DNA of 64,000 nt from an uncultured Bacteroidales bacterium (GTDB lineage Bacteria > Bacteroidota > Bacteroidia > Bacteroidales > Paludibacteraceae): contig CAIKVR010000354.1 of NCBI GenBank assembly GCA_903830915.1, positions 27,955 to 91,954 on the forward strand, given 5' to 3'. Shown one piece after another: positions 58,479-64,000 of this stretch. The notes beneath the pieces were generated by a model. It saw only the letters and a program-made list of their open reading frames with translations, had not been told where the DNA came from and ran no database searches. Positions within the stretch are counted from its first letter, which is position 1. Every line of letters starts with the position of its first letter. Made by a program: the position numbers and the translations under genes.

Positions 58479-60377
58479 ATGCAACAATACCTTCAAATAC
58501 TCAAGCAATACTGGGGTTACGACGAGTTTCGTCCACTTCAGGCTGATATTATCCGCAGCATCGCAGCGGGTAAGGATACACTTGGGTTAATGCCAACCGG
58601 TGGTGGAAAGTCGTTGACTTTTCAGGTGCCCACTATGGCTATGGAAGGGCTTTGCATAGTGGTTACACCACTTATTGCTTTGATGAAGGATCAGGTGGAG
58701 AACCTGAAAACAAGAGGAATTGCAGCAGCTGCCATTTTTTCGGGTATGACTCATAATGATATTTTGATGACGCTCGATAATGCCGTGTTCGAAGCTTACA
58801 AGTTTCTGTATGTTTCGCCCGAACGATTGGCAACGCCCATTTTTATAGAGAAAATCAAACAGACGAAAGTATGCATGATTGCCGTTGACGAATCGCATTG
58901 TATTTCACAGTGGGGTTATGATTTTCGACCATCTTACTTACGCATTGCCGATATCAGAGAATTGCTGCCCGATGTACCTGTACTGGCACTTACCGCTACC
59001 GCCACACCTGAAGTGGTAGTCGATATTCAGACTCAATTACAGTTTAAAGAACCCAATCTGTTTCAAAAAAGTTTCCATCGTTTCAATCTGGCGTATGTGG
59101 TGCGAACGGTGGAGAATAAGGATGAAAATCTGTTGAAAATATTGAATAGTGTTCCGGGAACGTCGGTGGTGTATGTCCGTAACAGGAAGAAAACCAAAGA
59201 AGTGGCCGATTTTTTGAATCTCAACGGCATTTCCGCCGAAAATTTTCATGCCGGATTGAAAAACGAAACCAAAGATGCTAAACAAGCCCGTTGGAAATCG
59301 GACGAAACACGGGTAATTGTTTCAACCAATGCCTTTGGAATGGGCATTGATAAAGCCGAAGTTCGCACGGTGGTGCATTTGGATTTACCCGATTCGCTGG
59401 AAGCATATTTTCAGGAAGCGGGTAGGGCAGGGCGTGATGAGAAAAAAGCCTATGCCGTTTTGCTTTACAACAATGGTGATGCGGTAAAAATGCGTAAACG
59501 TGTTTCAGACACATTTCCCGGAAAGGAAATGGTGGTGAAAGTGTACGAAGCCTTAGGAAATTATTTTCAGATTGGCGTTGGCTCTGGACTGGATGCTGTT
59601 TTTGCTTTCGATATTGCCGATTTCTGCATCAAATTTAAATTGCCGATTTTGATAAGTTTTAATTGTCTGAAAATACTTCAACAAGCCGGATACATTGAGC
59701 TTACCGACGAACAGGACAGTTCTTCACGTGTACTTTTTACGGTTGGGAAAGATGATTTATACAAGCAAAAACACTCGCCCGAACAGGAAAAACTAATGCA
59801 CATTCTACTTCGTTCCTACACCGGACTATTTACCGATTTGGCTTCGATTAATGAAGATACCTTGGCTAAACGCTTGGAATGGACGCATGACAAAATTTAT
59901 GAACAGCTAGTTGGTCTGGCCAAAGACCGGATAATTCAATATATCCCCCGAAAAAAGACACCAGTTCTCACTTTTGTGCGTGAGCGGGAAGCTACAAATA
60001 GAGTTGTTTTTACCAAAGAAACCTACGAAGATCGACGTGAACGCTATATTTCGAGGGTGAAAAGCGTGTTAGATTATGCTCAGGAAGAGAATATTTGCCG
60101 TAGCCAGATCTTGCTTGCATATTTTGGCGAAAAAGAAACCAGTTCTTGTGGAAAATGTGATATTTGCCTGAAAAAAAGGGAGTTGCAGGTATCAACCAAT
60201 GAGTTTGAAACGATTCGACAAGCTATACATCTAGTTTTGAAATCCGGGGAGTTAACAGTTAATTCCGTGATTAAGAAAACAAAGTTCAAAGAATCGAAAG
60301 TGATTGAAGTTGTTCGGTTTATGTTGGATAACGATCAAATCATTGAAAACAAATCAATGAAATTAATGCTAAAATAA
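58479..60377 (+). CDS. recQ: RecQ-family ATP-dependent DNA helicase
   Basis: MPTGGGKS, VDESHCISQWGYDFRP, TATAT, QEAGRAGRD; Zn-binding CR...CGKCDIC. Confidence 0.95.
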   Translation: MQQYLQILKQYWGYDEFRPLQADIIRSIAAGKDTLGLMPTGGGKSLTFQVPTMAMEGLCIVVTPLIALMKDQVENLKTRGIAAAAIFSGMTHNDILMTLDNAVFEAYKFLYVSPERLATPIFIEKIKQTKVCMIAVDESHCISQWGYDFRPSYLRIADIRELLPDVPVLALTATATPEVVVDIQTQLQFKEPNLFQKSFHRFNLAYVVRTVENKDENLLKILNSVPGTSVVYVRNRKKTKEVADFLNLNGISAENFHAGLKNETKDAKQARWKSDETRVIVSTNAFGMGIDKAEVRTVVHLDLPDSLEAYFQEAGRAGRDEKKAYAVLLYNNGDAVKMRKRVSDTFPGKEMVVKVYEALGNYFQIGVGSGLDAVFAFDIADFCIKFKLPILISFNCLKILQQAGYIELTDEQDSSSRVLFTVGKDDLYKQKHSPEQEKLMHILLRSYTGLFTDLASINEDTLAKRLEWTHDKIYEQLVGLAKDRIIQYIPRKKTPVLTFVREREATNRVVFTKETYEDRRERYISRVKSVLDYAQEENICRSQILLAYFGEKETSSCGKCDICLKKRELQVSTNEFETIRQAIHLVLKSGELTVNSVIKKTKFKESKVIEVVRFMLDNDQIIENKSMKLMLK

Positions 60378-60437
60378 GGCTTTATTACTTGTATATACTG
60401 GAATTTTTCTAACTTTGAAGTTCAAAATTTATAATAC

Positions 60438-61355
60438 ATGAATAAAGAAGACAAACTAAAATATTATGGTTGGAGTGTTGGTGACCGTTATGATGGATGG
60501 CGCGTCAGAAAAGTAGATGCTCTTTTTTCGGTAGTTCCGTTTATTCTCCCAAAACGAACTGACTCAGAAGTGTTCTTTGCCGTAAAAATTCCTATTGACA
60601 GCATCGAAAACTTTGTACGTGAACATAAGAAAGAAATGCCCGGATTGTCAATTATGGATGTTGTGATTGCCTCCCTGATACGGCTTATCTCGCAACGACC
60701 CTATCTGAACCGTTTCATTGTCTGGAATAAGATTTTCGCTCGAAATCATGTTAGTTTTTCCATTGCCATAAAGCGTTCCATGACTATTGACGGTGAGGAA
60801 ACAGTTATCAAACCATATTATTTGCCAACCGACAGCTTACAGGATGTTGTTCGGAAAACGAATCAGGAATTACAGAATAATCAGCAGGTAGGCCAGGAAA
60901 ATTCTTCGGATGCCATTTCCAAATTCATGGGTTATCTACCCGATTTTTTACTGCGTTCGGTTATTTTTTCTATAAAACAACTTGACAGAATCGGTTTGAT
61001 GCCAAAATTGTTTTTCGAAGCCAGCCCCTTTCATACCAGTGTTTTCCTTACTAATCTTGGGTCCATAGGAATTGAATCCATCTACCATCATCTATACGAA
61101 TTCGGTACATGTAGCGCTTTTGCATCAATGGGAAAGAAAAGTAGCAAGAAAGTTGTAAATAATGATGGAACTATAAAAACAATGAAGACCATAGAGTTGA
61201 AATTTGTCCTTGACGAACGCATTTGCGATGGTTTTTATTATGCTTCAGCTATACGGTTGCTTGAAAAGATCCTTGCCAATCCTTCCGCACTATTGCTTCC
61301 TCCTGAAACTGTAATTATTGACGATGGAGTCGGAAAAAAACGTATTGAAACATAA
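60438..61355 (+). CDS. Stand-alone 2-oxoacid-dehydrogenase E2/CAT-like acyltransferase domain, paralog 1
   Basis: RP.LNRF, TNLGSIG and LDERICDGFY motifs; no lipoyl domain. Confidence 0.75.
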   Translation: MNKEDKLKYYGWSVGDRYDGWRVRKVDALFSVVPFILPKRTDSEVFFAVKIPIDSIENFVREHKKEMPGLSIMDVVIASLIRLISQRPYLNRFIVWNKIFARNHVSFSIAIKRSMTIDGEETVIKPYYLPTDSLQDVVRKTNQELQNNQQVGQENSSDAISKFMGYLPDFLLRSVIFSIKQLDRIGLMPKLFFEASPFHTSVFLTNLGSIGIESIYHHLYEFGTCSAFASMGKKSSKKVVNNDGTIKTMKTIELKFVLDERICDGFYYASAIRLLEKILANPSALLLPPETVIIDDGVGKKRIET

Positions 61356-61461
61356 AGTTTGAATTCCTGCTTAATTTGAGAATCCCCTCCAACCAGAGGC
61401 ATATGTTTCATATTTGAAAAGAAAGTGTATCTTTGGCAGGACTAATTTTAAATCTGATAAT

Positions 61462-62379
61462 ATGAACGAACTGAATCAACTGAAATATTTTCGATGGAGT
61501 TTTGGCGACCGTTATGATGGATGGCGCGTAAAAAAAGTAGATGCTGTTTTCTCGGTTATACCTTATTTCCTACGTACGCGTATGGATGCACAGAATTTCT
61601 TCGAGGAAAAAGTTGATATTGACCATATAGAAGCCTTTATCAAAGTACATAAAGAAGATATCCCCGATTTGTCGGTTATGCATGTGATAATGGCATCGTT
61701 GGTTCGGCTTATTTCACAGCGTCCGCATTTGAATCGTTTTGTGATATGGAATAAGATTTTCTCACGTAATCATGTCAATTTCTCTATTGCTGTAAAACGA
61801 TCGTTATCCGACGAAGGCGAAGAGACGCTTATAAAACCCTACTTTCTACCCACTGATACCTTACAGGATATTGTTCGAAAAACCCGTCACGAACAAGAAA
61901 ATAATCAGAAGCAAGGTCAACAAAACTCATCGGATACAATCTCTAAAATTCTGGGGATTTTACCTGAATTTCTGTTGCGTTTTGTGGTTTTTATGTTGCT
62001 AAATCTTGATAAGGTGGGTTTGATGCCCAAGTTTATTAATAAAGCCAGTCCGTGGCATTCAAGTATTTTCCTGACAAATATTGGCTCAATTGGAGTTGAG
62101 TCAATCTATCATCATTTGTACGAATTTGGTACCTGTAGCATGTTTGTAGCTATGGGAAAAAAATCCCGCCGTCACACTATCGATCATAATGGTGATATGA
62201 AATCGCACAAAAGTATTCAATTAAAATTCGTACTTGACGAACGCATTTGTGATGGATTTTACTATGCATCCTCTATGCGTATCCTGAATAAAATTCTGTC
62301 AGATCCTTCGGTATTATTATCAGTTCCCGAAAAAGTAAATATTGATGAAGGCGTTGGTAAGAAACGTATTAATCTATAA
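61462..62379 (+). CDS. Stand-alone E2/CAT-like acyltransferase domain, paralog 2
   Basis: Same motifs as paralog 1; start re-called at MNELNQ by alignment with it. Confidence 0.75.
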   Translation: MNELNQLKYFRWSFGDRYDGWRVKKVDAVFSVIPYFLRTRMDAQNFFEEKVDIDHIEAFIKVHKEDIPDLSVMHVIMASLVRLISQRPHLNRFVIWNKIFSRNHVNFSIAVKRSLSDEGEETLIKPYFLPTDTLQDIVRKTRHEQENNQKQGQQNSSDTISKILGILPEFLLRFVVFMLLNLDKVGLMPKFINKASPWHSSIFLTNIGSIGVESIYHHLYEFGTCSMFVAMGKKSRRHTIDHNGDMKSHKSIQLKFVLDERICDGFYYASSMRILNKILSDPSVLLSVPEKVNIDEGVGKKRINL

Positions 62380-62412
62380 TTGTTTATAAACTTTCTTTAC
62401 GTTCAATATAAA

Positions 62413-63804
62413 TCAATATCCCAAAATCTTCAACATCGATTTATAGCTTTGCTCTTTTGCAAACAGTTTAGTAAAGTATTCACCATCTTCATCTTTGTCA
62501 ATAATAACTAGTTTTGGTGCTGGAATCAGACAATGCTGTATACCCCCGAATCCACTTAACGATTCCTGATAAGCTCCGGTATGGAAAAAGCCTATATATT
62601 GCTCACGGTCTTCATGCATTTTAGGCAAAAACACAGCATTTGAATGCACCTCAGCATTATAGAAATCTTCACTATCACAGGTCAATCCACCTAAGTTCAC
62701 CCGTTCATATTCCGAATCCCAGTTATTGCAGGCCAAAAAAACATATCGTTGATTAATAGCCCACGTATCAGGTAAGGTTGTCATAAACGAACTGTCTATC
62801 ATATTCCATAATTCCCGGTCATTTTGTTTCTTTTGGTTCACAATGGAGTAAAGCATGGCGCCACTTTCGCCAACCGTATACGATCCAAACTCGGTAAATA
62901 TATGTGGCTCAGGTACTCCGTTTTGTGTACATATCGTTTTAATCTGTGCTACGATCTCCTCAGCCATATATTCGTAATCGTACACCATGTCTAAGTGAGT
63001 CTGAATAGGAAATCCGCCGCCAATGTTCAAACTGTCTAGTGTCGGACATTTCTTTTTTAATTCACAATAGAGGTTTACTGCCTTATTTAGTTCATTCCAG
63101 TAATAAGCAGTGTCTTTCACGCCCGTGTTGATAAAGAAATGAAGCATTTTTAATTCAACCTGTGGGTTATTCGCAATGTGCTTCATATAATATGGAATAA
63201 TGTCGTTGTATCTGACACCTAATCGGGAAGTATAGAAGTCAAACTTCGGTTCTTCTTCAGCAGCAATGCGGATACCCACGTTGAACTTGATGTCAAAATC
63301 CTTTAGAAATAAGTCGAGTTCAAATTTATTGTCCAATATAGGTATGACGTTTGTAAAACCAAGACGCATTAGGTTTTGAATGTTTTCAACATATTGGGGA
63401 CGTTTAAATCCGTTACATACAACAAATGTTTCAGGTTTAATTAATCCTTGTTCGTGCAATGACTCTAATATATTGATATCGAATGCAGATGATGTTTCAA
63501 TATGTACACCATGCTTTAGTACCTCTTCCAGTACAAACGAAAAGTGTGAACTCTTGGTACAATAGCAATAATTGTAATCGCCGTCATAATCTACTTTTGC
63601 CATTGCCACATTAAACATTCGACGTGCTTTCTGAATGTTTTCGGCAATCTTAGGAAGGTAAGAGATACGTAGTGGCGTACCGTATTGCTTAATAATATCC
63701 ATTAATGGTATACCACACCATTCCAGTTCATTCTCAATAACATTAAACTCATCATTAGGAAATTCAAAACTTTGTTCAATCAGATCTATATATTTGTTTT
63801 TCAT
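62413..63804 (-). CDS. Fold-type III PLP decarboxylase, probably arginine decarboxylase
   Basis: YCTKSSH (PLP lysine), CNGFK, LNIGGG, TEFG, LPD.W, GLTCDS and GAYQ motifs. Confidence 0.85.
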   Translation of the reverse strand: MKNKYIDLIEQSFEFPNDEFNVIENELEWCGIPLMDIIKQYGTPLRISYLPKIAENIQKARRMFNVAMAKVDYDGDYNYCYCTKSSHFSFVLEEVLKHGVHIETSSAFDINILESLHEQGLIKPETFVVCNGFKRPQYVENIQNLMRLGFTNVIPILDNKFELDLFLKDFDIKFNVGIRIAAEEEPKFDFYTSRLGVRYNDIIPYYMKHIANNPQVELKMLHFFINTGVKDTAYYWNELNKAVNLYCELKKKCPTLDSLNIGGGFPIQTHLDMVYDYEYMAEEIVAQIKTICTQNGVPEPHIFTEFGSYTVGESGAMLYSIVNQKKQNDRELWNMIDSSFMTTLPDTWAINQRYVFLACNNWDSEYERVNLGGLTCDSEDFYNAEVHSNAVFLPKMHEDREQYIGFFHTGAYQESLSGFGGIQHCLIPAPKLVIIDKDEDGEYFTKLFAKEQSYKSMLKILGY

Positions 63805-64000
63805 TTTCTTGATATTATTTTTGAGAGTTTGTAATTATTTCTATATCTAAGTAAGTTAGATTGCGTTGATTAGAGCAATCCGAAAGACTTAGATATGAAT
63901 ATATTGTCGAAAAAGTTTGCAAAAATAGCTATTATTTTGCAAAATCAACTGTTTTATTTGCTATTTTCTTAATGAATTACATTGAAAATGTATATTCAAC

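Noticed and set aside
977-63565. Numerous 60-170 aa antisense or alternate-frame ORFs inside long genes
   Set aside because: They are shadow ORFs overlapping well-supported CDSs and carry no recognisable motifs.

Overview
AT-rich Bacteroidales chromosomal DNA. It is probably Paludibacter-like, inferred from T9SS C-terminal domains, TAnnTTTG promoters and gene content. No rRNA, tRNA, CRISPR array or intact integrase/transposase was seen. Layout: (1) 1-5.9 kb: end of a type IIG-like restriction-modification gene, an orphan B12/radical-SAM enzyme, AraC and PAS-LuxR regulators, an 11x21-bp repeat array and an FN3 protein. (2) 6-20.5 kb: a co-oriented array of secreted, mostly T9SS-exported proteins. 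It includes a giant beta-helix protein with a dockerin next to a three-cohesin scaffoldin-like protein. Four genes share a mosaic 210-nt CTD, and the spacers carry 28-bp GTAG palindromes and a repeated twin-hairpin RNA-like motif. (3) 20.6-27.3 kb: ansA, aroK, a prenyltransferase-fold gene, and a cluster of WYL regulator, catalytically dead DnaB domain, UDG-like protein and acidic protein with three copies of a TGTGYA-N5-ATGRCA site, followed by a zapA-like remnant. (4) 27.4-35.2 kb: housekeeping dnaE, trxA, tRNA methyltransferase, dnaQ-like exonuclease and dnaN. (5) 35.4-41 kb: a two-operon arsenic locus (arsR-arsEFG-arsP; arsR-arsC-arsM-acr3). (6) 41-64 kb: mostly housekeeping genes plus two tandem paralog pairs. 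All family assignments come from motif recognition by eye; no database search was run.
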